Shown here piece by piece: positions 1 to 9,219 of a stretch of 57,042 nt of DNA; the stretch's first letter is position 1, and the number at the start of each line of letters is the position of its first letter. The position numbers were made by a program, and so were the translations under genes. Origin of the DNA: Ornithinibacter sp. (lineage in GTDB: Bacteria; Actinomycetota; Actinomycetes; Actinomycetales; Dermatophilaceae); NCBI GenBank assembly GCA_039915055.1, contig JBDSNZ010000227.1:1-57042 (forward strand), in the 5' to 3' direction. A model generated the notes under the pieces. The model was not told the DNA's origin. It made no database searches and saw only the letters and a program-made list of their open reading frames with translations.

Positions 1-1120
1 GCTCGGGTCGGTCGGCGAGGTCACGGCCGAGATGGTTCAGAAGAGCGACGGCCGCTATGCCGCGGGCGACACCGCCGGGCGCAGCGGCCTCCAGCGCCAG
101 TACGACGAGCGGCTGGCCGGCACCCCCGGGATCAGCGTCGTCTCCAGCACCGATGCCGTGCTGTTCGAGCAGGCGCCCGAGGACGGCACCGACATCGAGA
201 CGACCCTGGACCCCTCGGTCCAGGAGGCCGCCGAGAAGGCCCTCGCCGACGCACGACTCACGGTGCCCGGTGCGGTCGTCGCCCTCGACGTGAAGACCGG
301 AGAGGTTCTGGCATCGGCCAACTCACCGACCTCAGGCTTCGACCGGGCGATCACTGGGAAGTACCCCCCGGGATCCACCTTCAAGGTGGCGACGACCTAC
401 GCCTATCTCACCCGCGGGATCACCACGCCCACCTCGGTCGTGCCGTGCCCCGTGTCCGCCACCATCGACGGGCGGGAGTTCCGCAACTACGCAGGTGAGT
501 CGATCGCGGGCAAGCCGACCTTCTTCGACGACTTCACGCACTCGTGCAACACGGCATTCGTCGGTTTGTCACCGAAGCTCGAGGGCACGGACCTTCGCAA
601 AGCTGCCAGCGCCCTCGGTGTGGGCGTCGGCTGGGGCGACACCGTCGGGGTCGACGGTGCCTTTGCCGGGAGCATCCCGCAGACCAGGGGTGGCACCGAT
701 GTCGCTGCCGCAGCCATCGGGCAGGGGCGGGACGAGGCGTCGCCGCTCTCGCTCGCGGTGATGGCAGGCAGCGTCGGTCGGGGCACCTTCCTCCCCCCTG
801 TGCTGGTGCGCGACCCGCGGGGGGCGGCGCTGAGACCGGTCGCGCTCGACGGCGGGGCGGTGGCCGACATTCGATCGATGATGGCCTCGGTCGTCGCGAA
901 CGGCACGGGCGCGGCACTGCGCTCCACACCGGGCGGCCCGGTGCGCGGCAAGACGGGAACGGCCCAGCACGGCAGCACCCCTGGCGCCCTCCCCCGTGTC
1001 TGGTTCATCGGGTACCAGGGCGACGTGGCCTTCGCCGTGCTCGTCGAGGAGGGCAAGACCGGTGGCACTGTGGCGGCCCCCATCGCCAAGGACTTCCTCA
1101 CCATCCTCGCCGCCCGCTGA
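1..1120 (+). CDS. Penicillin-binding protein, transpeptidase domain (5' part outside window)
   Basis: Contains SxxK (PGSTFK), SxN (HSCN) and KTG (GKTGTA) motifs; frame is open from the window edge. Confidence 0.92.
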   Translation, partial: LGSVGEVTAEMVQKSDGRYAAGDTAGRSGLQRQYDERLAGTPGISVVSSTDAVLFEQAPEDGTDIETTLDPSVQEAAEKALADARLTVPGAVVALDVKTGEVLASANSPTSGFDRAITGKYPPGSTFKVATTYAYLTRGITTPTSVVPCPVSATIDGREFRNYAGESIAGKPTFFDDFTHSCNTAFVGLSPKLEGTDLRKAASALGVGVGWGDTVGVDGAFAGSIPQTRGGTDVAAAAIGQGRDEASPLSLAVMAGSVGRGTFLPPVLVRDPRGAALRPVALDGGAVADIRSMMASVVANGTGAALRSTPGGPVRGKTGTAQHGSTPGALPRVWFIGYQGDVAFAVLVEEGKTGGTVAAPIAKDFLTILAAR

Positions 1121-1149
1121 CTCGCGCAGCCCGCACCCCGCAGCCCGCA

Positions 1150-1206
1150 GCCCGGCATCCGGGTGCGTGAAGGCCCCCACCCGGATGCCGGGCAGGGGCC
1201 TTCACG
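1150..1206. terminator. Hairpin/terminator between convergent PBP and cspA genes, with two alternative stems
   Basis: 1150-1165 pairs perfectly with 1178-1193 (16 bp); alternatively 1166-1177 pairs with 1195-1206. Confidence 0.7.
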
Positions 1207-1241
1207 AGGACTCCTGGGTCAGGAGCCTTGGGACATCTGGG

Positions 1242-1445
1242 TCAGATGGTGCGGACGGCGTCGGCCTGCGGACCCTTGGGGCCCTGGGTGACCTCGAACT
1301 CGACTCGCTGTGCCTCGTCGAGACTGCGGTAGCCCTCGGTCGCGATGGCGGAGTAGTGGACGAACACGTCCGGGCCCCCGCCATCCTGCTCGATGAACCC
1401 GAAGCCCTTCTCGGCGTTGAACCACTTCACGGTGCCCTGTGCCAT
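1242..1445 (-). CDS. cspA: Cold-shock protein
   Basis: [18 protein letters not shown]...DVFVHYSAI (RNP1/RNP2), 67 aa from the ATG at 1445. Confidence 0.97.
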   Translation of the reverse strand: MAQGTVKWFNAEKGFGFIEQDGGGPDVFVHYSAIATEGYRSLDEAQRVEFEVTQGPKGPQADAVRTI

Positions 1446-1624
1446 ATCTGTGGTGACTCTTTCTGTGTGGATCACTCGGCCGGCGCACGTCGCGCCGACC
1501 GTGGATGCGAACTCCGGACCCCTGGTGGTGCGAGGTGCTCGGACCTACGAGGACGTGCTGGTGCTGCAACCGGCACCGAACCTAGCACGGCCTCTCCCAC
1601 CTCGCCGGGTGCAACGAAGTGCGT

Positions 1625-2029
1625 TCACGCAGTGGGACCGGGCGCCTTCACGGCGAGCACGTTGCAGGGTGCATCGAGCAGCACGTGCTGAGCCGTGGAG
1701 CCAGTGATGAGCTTGCCGACAGGGCTGCGTCGTCGCAGCCCGATGACGAGCAGGCGGGCGCCCACCTCGTCGACGACGTCGAGCAGCTCCTCCGCGGCCG
1801 GCAGGCCACGAGTTGGTTGCCGGATCTCGTGCTCGACTCCCCTCTCGCTCAGCTGCAGGTCGATCGCATCGAGGTCCTGCGCGGTGGCGAAGCTGGCGTC
1901 GCTGAAGTCACCGTTGGCCCCGGTGTTGACGACGACGAGCCGCTCGCTCCTGTGCGAGGCTTCCTCGATCGCGGTGGTGAGGGCGGCCAGGCCCTCCGGG
2001 CGCGGGGTGTACCCGACGACGATGGTCAT
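1625..2029 (-). CDS. Universal stress protein
   Basis: MTIVVGY...LLVIGLRRRSPVGKLITGSTAQHVLLDAPCNVLAVK is the Usp signature. Confidence 0.92.
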   Translation of the reverse strand: MTIVVGYTPRPEGLAALTTAIEEASHRSERLVVVNTGANGDFSDASFATAQDLDAIDLQLSERGVEHEIRQPTRGLPAAEELLDVVDEVGARLLVIGLRRRSPVGKLITGSTAQHVLLDAPCNVLAVKAPGPTA

Positions 2030-2205
2030 GATGGTTGCCTTCCCTCTCGCTCGGCGCGAGTCGGTGGTGGTGGCCCCGGTGACCGGGGTCTCGGGGTTGG
2101 CGCCGACCGCCCGAGCGGGGAGACGGCATCCGGAGGTGGTGCTGAGCGGGCGATCGGCACGGGACGCCGCGCCTGGACTGCACCAGGTGCGGCGTCCCGC
2201 GTCGC

Positions 2206-3036
2206 TCAGGGCTCCAGCGTCTTCGCGCCCGTCATGATCGCGACGCCGTCGCCCATGTCGTGCGACGACGGCGTGATGACACCGGCGCACCCGCCGAGGC
2301 GCTGGATGTGGATCCGGTCCGCCACCTCCCACACGTGGGGCATGTTGTGGCTGATCAGGATCACCGCCAGCCCGTTGTCGCGCAGCTGCTTGATCATGTT
2401 GAGCACCATGCCCGACTCCTTGACACCGAGCGCCGCCGTCGGCTCGTCGAGGACGACGACGTTGGACCCGAATGCCGCGGCGCGAGCCACCGCCACCGCC
2501 TGGCGTTGGCCACCGGAGAGCGTCTCGACCGCCTGACCCATGTTCTGGATCGTCTGGATGCCGAGCTTCTGCACGGCCTCGCCGGCACGCTTGCTCATGC
2601 CCTTCTTGTCGAGCATCCGGAACACCGAGCCCAGCACACCGGGTCGGCGCTCCTCACGGGCGAGGTAGAGGTTGCTCGCGATGTCGAGCGCAGGGATGAC
2701 GGCAAGCTGCTGGTAGACCGTCTCGATCCCTGCCTCCCGAGCGTCCTGGGGCCTCCGGAAGGTGACCGGCTTACCGTCGAGCTCGAGCTGCCCCGAGTCC
2801 GGCTGGTAGGCCCCGGTGATGCACTTGATGAGCGTCGACTTGCCGGCACCGTTGTCGCCGATGACGGCAAGCACCTCGCCCCGGTAGAGGTCGAGGTTCA
2901 CACCGTCGAGGCCGACGACCCGCCCGAAGGTGATGACGATGTCGCGAGCCGAGAGGATCGGGTCGGCGTCGTAGATGTGCCTCCGGTTCTCGGGGATCGC
3001 ATCGTGGGTGAGCGGGAGTCGTTCCAGGGTGGTCAT
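2206..3036 (-). CDS. Monosaccharide ABC transporter ATP-binding protein (FrcA-like)
   Basis: Walker A GDNGAGKST, signature LSGGQ, Walker B VVVLDEPT; ATG overlaps the permease stop. Confidence 0.93.
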   Translation of the reverse strand: MTTLERLPLTHDAIPENRRHIYDADPILSARDIVITFGRVVGLDGVNLDLYRGEVLAVIGDNGAGKSTLIKCITGAYQPDSGQLELDGKPVTFRRPQDAREAGIETVYQQLAVIPALDIASNLYLAREERRPGVLGSVFRMLDKKGMSKRAGEAVQKLGIQTIQNMGQAVETLSGGQRQAVAVARAAAFGSNVVVLDEPTAALGVKESGMVLNMIKQLRDNGLAVILISHNMPHVWEVADRIHIQRLGGCAGVITPSSHDMGDGVAIMTGAKTLEP

Positions 3037-4064
3037 GCCTTCACCTTCCGGATCCACTGGTCGATGGCGACCGCGATGAGGACGAGCGCGCCGATCGCGA
3101 GGTAGCGCCACTGCTGGTCGACCCCGAGCTGGGAGAGACCGAACGCGAACGTCTGCACGAGCAGCGCCCCGATGAGGGTTCCGACGAGCGTGCCGCGACC
3201 ACCGAAGAGGCTGGTGCCACCGATGACGACGGCGGTGATGCTCGCGAGGTTGGCGTCCGGCACGGCGTTGGGAGTGGCTGCGCCGGCGCGGCCGATGAGG
3301 ATCCACGCCGCGAGCCCGTAGATGAGCCCGGCGACGGTGTAGACCGCGAGGAGCATCCGCTTGCTCGGCACGCCGGACAGGCGGGCCGACTCGGGGTCGT
3401 CACCCACGGCATACACGTAGCGACCCCAAGCCGTCTGGGAGAGCACGAACCCCATCACGGCATAGATGAGGATCACGACGACGATGCCCCAGGTCAGCCT
3501 GAAGGCCCCGACCCCGAACCCTTGACCGAGGAAGTTCATCAGGTCCGGCAACCGGTTGGCCTGGATGCTCGCGCCGCCGGAATACAGGAGCGCGATGGCG
3601 GTGAAGATGCTCAGGGTGCCCAGGGTCACGATGAACGGCGGCAGGTTGATCCGGGTGACGAGAAAGCCGTTCAGGGCCCCCGCCGCGGTCGCCAGTGCGA
3701 TGCCGATGATCAGGGCGAGGATGCCGGGGACGCCGCCATCGCTCGCGAGGGACGCCATCACCATCATCGAGAGCACCATGATCGCGCCGACCGACAGGTC
3801 GATGCCGGCGGTGAGGATGACCAGGGTCTGCCCGACGGCGAGCGCGGCCACGATGGCGGTCTGCTGGAACAGGATGCCCATCGAGTTGGCGGTGAAGAAC
3901 GTCGGGGTGGCGATGAAGAAGCCGATGAACGCGACGAGCAGCAGGAAGAGCGGGCTGAGCCAGGGGCGCCCGTGCAGCTGGTGCTGCACCTGCTGCAGTG
4001 GCGACTGCCGCCGCCGAGCGAACTCGGCGGCAGCAGCGGAACCAGTGGTGGTGCTCATGCTCAC
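3033..4064 (-). CDS. Monosaccharide ABC transporter permease (RbsC/FrcC-like)
   Basis: Multi-TM; GIDLSVG, PPFIVTLG and VVIGGTSLFGGRG motifs. Confidence 0.93.
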   Translation of the reverse strand: MSMSTTTGSAAAAEFARRRQSPLQQVQHQLHGRPWLSPLFLLLVAFIGFFIATPTFFTANSMGILFQQTAIVAALAVGQTLVILTAGIDLSVGAIMVLSMMVMASLASDGGVPGILALIIGIALATAAGALNGFLVTRINLPPFIVTLGTLSIFTAIALLYSGGASIQANRLPDLMNFLGQGFGVGAFRLTWGIVVVILIYAVMGFVLSQTAWGRYVYAVGDDPESARLSGVPSKRMLLAVYTVAGLIYGLAAWILIGRAGAATPNAVPDANLASITAVVIGGTSLFGGRGTLVGTLIGALLVQTFAFGLSQLGVDQQWRYLAIGALVLIAVAIDQWIRKVKA

Positions 4065-5170
4065 TTGCCCCAGCAGATCTCGGAGCCCTTGGCGGTGTCG
4101 ATGCTGTCGACCCCGTCAACCGGCTTGTCCGTGACGAGGGCGACACCGGTGTTGAAGAAGTCGAGCCCGTCAGTGGTCTTGGGCGCCTCGCCGCCACGGG
4201 CGACCTTGGCGATCGCCTCCATGCCCATCGTCGCCATCTTCAGCGGGTACTGCTGGGCGGTGGCGCCGATGACGCCGGACTTCACCGAGCCGACGCCGGC
4301 GCAGCCGCCGTCGATCGACACGATGATGGCCTTCTTGCCGGCGGCCTCGAGTGCGGCATTGGCACCGACCGCGGTGGGCTCGTTGATCGTGTAGACCACG
4401 TTGATGCCGGGGTTCTTCGCGAGGCACTTCTCCATCGCGCTGCGGCCGCCGTCCTCGGCGCCGTTGCCGGCCTCGTTGCAGATGATCGAGTAGTCGCCAC
4501 CCTTGCCGCCGGCGTACTTGCCGGTCTTGGCCTCGTCACCGTTCTTCTTGGGGTCGGCCACGTCGATGCCCATGCCCTCGAGGAAGCCCTGGTCCCGGTT
4601 GTAGTCCACCGAGACGATCTTGTCGTCGAAGAGGTCGAGCATGGCGATGGTGGCCTGGCCCCCGTCGAGGGTGCCCGCCGCCCACTTGCCGATGAGGTTG
4701 CCGGCGAGACGGTTGTCGGTGGCGAAGGTGATGTCGACGGTGTCGGCCGGGTCGGGCGGGGTGTCGAGCGCGATGACGAACAGCTTCGCGTCACGGGCCT
4801 TCTTGATCGCGGCGTTGACGCCGGTGGACATCGGTGTGATGAGGATGCCCTTGTCACCGCGGGCGATGGCGTCTTCGATGGCAGTGATCTGACCCTGGTC
4901 GTCACCTTCCTGCTTGCCCGAGGCGATGGTCAGCTTGACGTTGTTCTTGCCGGCGTCGGCCTTGGCACCGTTCTGCATGGCGACGAAGAACGGGTTGGTG
5001 GAGTCCTTGGTGATCAGGGTGACCCCGACCTCCGCCTCACCCCCGCTGCTGCTGGTGGCCGAAGGGCTCTCCCGGTTGCAGGCGGTGGCGGTGAGCGCGA
5101 GGCCGACGATGCCTGCGCACGCCAGGGCCCGACGGGTGGAGCGCGAAGAGGGAATGTGAGGGATGGGCAT
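4061..5170 (-). CDS. Sugar ABC transporter substrate-binding lipoprotein (FrcB-like)
   Basis: Lipobox-like LTATAC, NPFFVAM, ATDN; heads the operon. Confidence 0.92.
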   Translation of the reverse strand: MPIPHIPSSRSTRRALACAGIVGLALTATACNRESPSATSSSGGEAEVGVTLITKDSTNPFFVAMQNGAKADAGKNNVKLTIASGKQEGDDQGQITAIEDAIARGDKGILITPMSTGVNAAIKKARDAKLFVIALDTPPDPADTVDITFATDNRLAGNLIGKWAAGTLDGGQATIAMLDLFDDKIVSVDYNRDQGFLEGMGIDVADPKKNGDEAKTGKYAGGKGGDYSIICNEAGNGAEDGGRSAMEKCLAKNPGINVVYTINEPTAVGANAALEAAGKKAIIVSIDGGCAGVGSVKSGVIGATAQQYPLKMATMGMEAIAKVARGGEAPKTTDGLDFFNTGVALVTDKPVDGVDSIDTAKGSEICWGK

Positions 5171-5210
5171 GGTGCGAACTCTCCTTTGAGCGTCGGTGAG
5201 ACATCGTCAC

Positions 5211-5224
5211 TGACAACGTTGTCA
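5211..5224. promoter_or_regulatory. LacI-family operator 1
   Basis: Perfect palindrome TGACAACGTTGTCA with central CG, between the divergent SBP and LacI genes. Confidence 0.85.
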
Positions 5225-5288
5225 AAGGTAGTTTTACCGTTACCTTGCGCTCACGTCAACCCATGGACTACATATTGTGGTGTGAATG

Positions 5289-5302
5289 TGACATCGTTGT
5301 CA
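5289..5302. promoter_or_regulatory. LacI-family operator 2 (autoregulation)
   Basis: TGACATCGTTGTCA, one mismatch to operator 1, at the lacI start. Confidence 0.75.
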
Positions 5303-5323
5303 GGGTCGAGCGGGCGCCCCACC

Positions 5324-6316
5324 ATGCGTGAGGTGGCCGCGCTTGCGGGGGTGAGCCTGAAGACGGTGTCGCGCGTCGTCAACGACGAGACCGGCGTGTC
5401 ACCCGAGGTGCACGAACGTGTGCTCACCGCGATCCATCGCCTGGACTACCGGCCCAACCTCGCGGCGAGCAACCTACGGCGCACCGGAGCCCGGTCGACC
5501 CTCATCGGCGCCCTGGTGCAGGACATCTCCAACTCGTTCTCCGCCGCGCTGCTCCGCGCCCTGGAGGACACCGCCCGAGCACGAGGAACCGCCGTGCTCG
5601 CCGCCAGCCTGGACGAGGGGGCCGATCGCGAGGAGGCGATGGTGCACGACCTGATCACCAGACGGGTCGACGGGCTGGTCATCATGCCCGCCACCGAGCG
5701 CCAGGACTACCTCGTCGCCGAGCTGCGCACCGGCACTCCCGCGGTCTTCGTGGACCAGGCCCCCAAGGGAGTCGACGCCGACTCGGTCACCGTGGACAAC
5801 CGTCTCGGGGCCCGGCAGGCAACGGAGGCGCTCCTACAGGGTGGCCATCGTCGGGTCGCCGCCCTGCTCGACCTCACCACCATCACGACGGCCAATGACC
5901 GGCGAGCCGGGTTCCTCGCGGCCCACGACGCGCTCGGCCTGTACCCGGACCCCGCTCTCGTCATCGGTGGGCTGCGCTCGGCCGAGGACGCCACCTCGGC
6001 GATGACCGCGCTGCTGGATCTGGCCGAGCCCCCCACTGCTGTCTTCACCGGCCGAAACGTCCTCTCGATCGGTGCCGTTCGGGCTCTTGCCGAGCGCGGG
6101 ATGCGGCGGTCCGTCGCTCAGGTCGGCTTCGATGACTTCCCTCTCGCCGACCTCCTCGATCCTCCGCTCACCGTGGTCCGCCAGGACGTCGGGAAGATCG
6201 GTGGCCTCGTGGCCGAGATGCTCTTCGACCGCATCGACGGAGACACCTCCACGCCCAAGCACGTGGTGCTCGAACCAACCCTCATCGTGCGCGGATCCAG
6301 CCAGATCCAGCCGTAA
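5324..6316 (+). CDS. LacI-family transcriptional regulator (start may be GTG 5288)
   Basis: PTMREVAALAGVSLKTVSRVVN HTH, YRPN, VGFDD. Confidence 0.95.
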   Translation: MREVAALAGVSLKTVSRVVNDETGVSPEVHERVLTAIHRLDYRPNLAASNLRRTGARSTLIGALVQDISNSFSAALLRALEDTARARGTAVLAASLDEGADREEAMVHDLITRRVDGLVIMPATERQDYLVAELRTGTPAVFVDQAPKGVDADSVTVDNRLGARQATEALLQGGHRRVAALLDLTTITTANDRRAGFLAAHDALGLYPDPALVIGGLRSAEDATSAMTALLDLAEPPTAVFTGRNVLSIGAVRALAERGMRRSVAQVGFDDFPLADLLDPPLTVVRQDVGKIGGLVAEMLFDRIDGDTSTPKHVVLEPTLIVRGSSQIQP

Positions 6317-6341
6317 CACGCACCCTCGCGTGTGGAGGACT

Positions 6342-6509
6342 CCGGGCGTGCGACTCCGGCTCTCACTGCGTTCGAGCATCCCAGCCATCCGCCACCCCCC
6401 GCGGTCGCGCGCTCCACCCGGGCGTGGGACTCCGGCTCTCACTGCGTTCGAGCCTCCCCGTCACCCCCGCCCTCCGCCATGGCCCGCGGTCGCGCGCTCC
6501 CGCGGGCCG
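6342..6509. repeat. Two imperfect ~77-90 bp tandem units downstream of tRNA-Ser
   Basis: CCGGGCGTG(C/G)GACTCCGGCTCTCACTGCGTTCGAGC and CCGCGGTCGCGCGCTCC each occur twice. Confidence 0.85.
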
Positions 6510-6599
6510 TGGCGGAGGGCGTGGGATTCGAACCCACGATGACGTTGCCGCCATAGCGGTTTTCAAGACCGCCGCACTAGGCCACTATGCGAGCCCTCC
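6510..6599 (-). tRNA. tRNA-Ser (anticodon UGA)
   Basis: GGAGGGC...CTTGAAA anticodon loop, long variable arm, GGTTCGAATCC, encoded CCA. Confidence 0.97.
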
Positions 6600-6772
6600 T
6601 CGCCCGGGGCGCGCCCCGAGCAGGGACAAGGCTATGCCGTGCGAGCGGCCCCGTGCCCACGGCATCCGGAACTCGGCATGCAAGGGGATGCCGCGGTGCA
6701 AAGGCGGCGGACACGAATCGAGCCGGCACCCGACGCTGCGGGTAGGGTCGGTGGCCGACGAAGGGATCCTCC

Positions 6773-7096
6773 ATGAAGCTGTCGTTCATTGCCGGCCTGG
6801 CCGTCGGGTACGTGCTCGGGGCACGCGCCGGCAAGCAGCGCTACGAGCAGATCGCGCGCACCTCGGGCAAGGTCTGGCACTCCGCGCCGGTGCAGAAGCA
6901 GGTCGCGACCGCCAAGGAGGCAGCCCGCACCAAGGCGGCCCCCGTCGTCGCCGACCTGGTGGCGGACGCGGCGCGCGCGACCGGGGAGAAGCTCCGGGCA
7001 TCCAAGACCGTCGCTGCCGAGGCGATCGACAGCGTGCGCAACCACGACGCCGACGAGGTCCAAGCGCCCCCGAGCAGCCCGGCATCCACTGACTGA
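6773..7096 (+). CDS. Small membrane-anchored protein (YtxH-like)
   Basis: MKLSFIAGLAVGYVLGARAG..RYEQI, a common actinobacterial N-terminus. Confidence 0.8.
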   Translation: MKLSFIAGLAVGYVLGARAGKQRYEQIARTSGKVWHSAPVQKQVATAKEAARTKAAPVVADLVADAARATGEKLRASKTVAAEAIDSVRNHDADEVQAPPSSPASTD

Positions 7097-7491
7097 CCCC
7101 TCCCGAGTCACCACCACACGTCGGCCAGACCGGTCGGCGCGATCGGGTCCCCCGGGTCCCCGCGGCGCCGATCCGGTTCCCTCACTCCGGTCCGCCACGT
7201 CGCGCCCCACGAAAGGCGCCACGTGGGAGGGGAGCCGGCAGCCCTCCTGATGCGCACGGTCCGTCCGAGGAGCCGGGCCACGTCGACACGGGCGCCCGGA
7301 TACTTGCTGGGCTGCACGCGGAGAGGACGGATGCCGGGGGTCCGCCGACGGTCACGGCGGCCCGGGCCATGCCCCGCCGCGTCGATGTATCACCGGCGGC
7401 GACCTGGCCTCCTGTTCACCGACGAGCATCATCACTACGCTGAGTCCGGGGTTGCCCCGCACCCCCGACCCGGCAGGCCGAGGAGCAGCAG

Positions 7492-9219
7492 ATGGACGAC
7501 ACGACGCCCGACAGCCCGGCCGGTGACACCCCCTCGCACCGTGAAGGCGCCCCGCCGAACTTCCCGATCTTCGGCGTGCCGGCATCGGCCTTCCGGCGCT
7601 TCCACGCCACGGTTCTCACCCCCGACGGTGCAGCCGTCATCGGCAGCGCCGCCCCTGCGCACCCCACGGTCTACCGACCCGACAGGCTGCTGGTGCCGGG
7701 CCTGCCTGGTCGCTCCCTGGATGACGGCCCGCTGCGCGAGCTCCAGCGCCTCGGTGAGCAGTTCGGCTTCTCGCCGGAGATCGTCGACCGCGGGGTGGGC
7801 GATGCCGCCAACCGGCTCGAGTACGGGGACCGGCTCGACCCCATCGCGCGCGTCGCCGTGCGCCTCGTGCCCGTCGACGGGCGGGTCGGCCCGCCCATCG
7901 ACGCCTGGGAGGTGTTGCAGCATGCACGTGCCCAGGCTGAGGGACGCGTCAAGCGGGCGGAGTCAGCGGCTGACGAGGACGCCGACGACGAGAGCGCCGC
8001 CGAGGGAGCAGCGGATGTGAGGGCGTGGGGGCTCTGCCACATCCTCATGGGCACGGGTTACGGCTCCGGCGTGGGCTACGGCTCCGGCGTGGGCTACGGC
8101 TCCGGCGTGGGCTACGGCTCCGGCGTGGGCTACGGCTCCGGCGTCGGCTACGGCTCCGGCGTCGGCTACGGCTCCGGCGTCGGCTACGGGTCCGGCGTGG
8201 GCTACGGGTCCGGCGTGGGGATTCCGGGTGCAGCCGACGGACGCACCCCGGTGATGCTCTCGATGGCCCCCCCGGCTTCCGCCGGCAAGCGCCACCCCGT
8301 CGTCGCGATCCTGGACACCGGCCTCGGGAAGCACCCGTGGTTCGACGGGTCTGCGCTCGTCGAGCGCAACCCCATGGTGGACGGCCAGCAGATCGGCCTG
8401 CGCTTCTCACCCGAGGACGACCCCGAGCACACCGGGTGCACCCTCGACACCGTCAACGGACTGCTCGACCCGCTCGCCGGCCACGGCACCTTCATCGCGG
8501 GGGTGATCCGCCAGCACTGCCCCGACGCCGCTCTGATGATCGTGCCGGTCATGTGGGGGGACGGCGCTGCCGATGAGCTCGACATCATCACGGCCCTCCA
8601 GCAGCTCCTTGTCCTGCACTGGGCCAGGCTCGACGGAAAGGAACCCGGCGACCCCCTCGACGTCATCAGCCTGTCCCTCGGCTACTACCACGAGAGCCCC
8701 GGAGCGGTGGAGGACGAGGTCGGGCTGTTCTCGGCCATCCGGGCCCTGCAGCGCAGCGGCGTGCTCGTCGTCGCCGCCGCCGGCAACGGATCGACCACCG
8801 TGCCGTTCTGGCCGGCCGCGTTGGCGGCCATGCCCGGCGAGGGTTGCACCCCGATGGCCAGCGTCGGAGCACTCAACCCCAACGACGGAACCGTGGCGAT
8901 GTTCTCCAACACCGGCCCATGGGTGCACATCTACCGCTGCGGCGTCGCGGTGGTGAGCACGATGCCCACGACCTTCGACGGGTCGCTGCGGGGCGCGGTC
9001 TCGGCGCCTGCCAAGGGCGCCAACCCACCCAGGGGGACCCCTGACCCCGACGACTACTCCAGCGGCTTCGCCGTGTGGAGCGGGAGCTCGTTCTCCGCCC
9101 CCGCCTGCGCCGGCGAGGTCGCCCACATCCTGTGTGGGACCGACATCGAGCGTGACCCCGACGCACGCGTCAAGCTGCTCACGGAGGTCGTCGTCAAGAG
9201 GCTGGGGGCCCGGCCGTGA
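7492..9219 (+). CDS. Cytoplasmic S8 subtilisin-like serine protease with GYGSGV repeat insert
   Basis: Asp (ILDTG), His (GHGTFIAG), oxyanion Asn (AAAGN), Ser (WSGSSFSAP); SD GAGGAG; no signal peptide. Confidence 0.92.
   Translation: MDDTTPDSPAGDTPSHREGAPPNFPIFGVPASAFRRFHATVLTPDGAAVIGSAAPAHPTVYRPDRLLVPGLPGRSLDDGPLRELQRLGEQFGFSPEIVDRGVGDAANRLEYGDRLDPIARVAVRLVPVDGRVGPPIDAWEVLQHARAQAEGRVKRAESAADEDADDESAAEGAADVRAWGLCHILMGTGYGSGVGYGSGVGYGSGVGYGSGVGYGSGVGYGSGVGYGSGVGYGSGVGYGSGVGIPGAADGRTPVMLSMAPPASAGKRHPVVAILDTGLGKHPWFDGSALVERNPMVDGQQIGLRFSPEDDPEHTGCTLDTVNGLLDPLAGHGTFIAGVIRQHCPDAALMIVPVMWGDGAADELDIITALQQLLVLHWARLDGKEPGDPLDVISLSLGYYHESPGAVEDEVGLFSAIRALQRSGVLVVAAAGNGSTTVPFWPAALAAMPGEGCTPMASVGALNPNDGTVAMFSNTGPWVHIYRCGVAVVSTMPTTFDGSLRGAVSAPAKGANPPRGTPDPDDYSSGFAVWSGSSFSAPACAGEVAHILCGTDIERDPDARVKLLTEVVVKRLGARP
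8056..8217 (+). repeat. 9 x 18 bp coding tandem repeat (GYGSGV)
   Basis: Consensus GGCTACGGCTCCGGCGT(G/C); 162 bp, only synonymous variants. Confidence 0.98.

Noticed and set aside
1125-1153. CGCAGCC heptamer repeats after the PBP stop
   Set aside because: Short, imperfect, low-complexity; no evidence of function.
3998-5323. 772-aa LacI fusion suggested by the ORF track
   Set aside because: The upstream part is antisense to the SBP gene and crosses the operator region; the LacI HTH begins at about 5324.
8056-8217. CRISPR or non-coding VNTR
   Set aside because: Head-to-tail 18-mers without spacers, in frame in the protease, with only synonymous variation.
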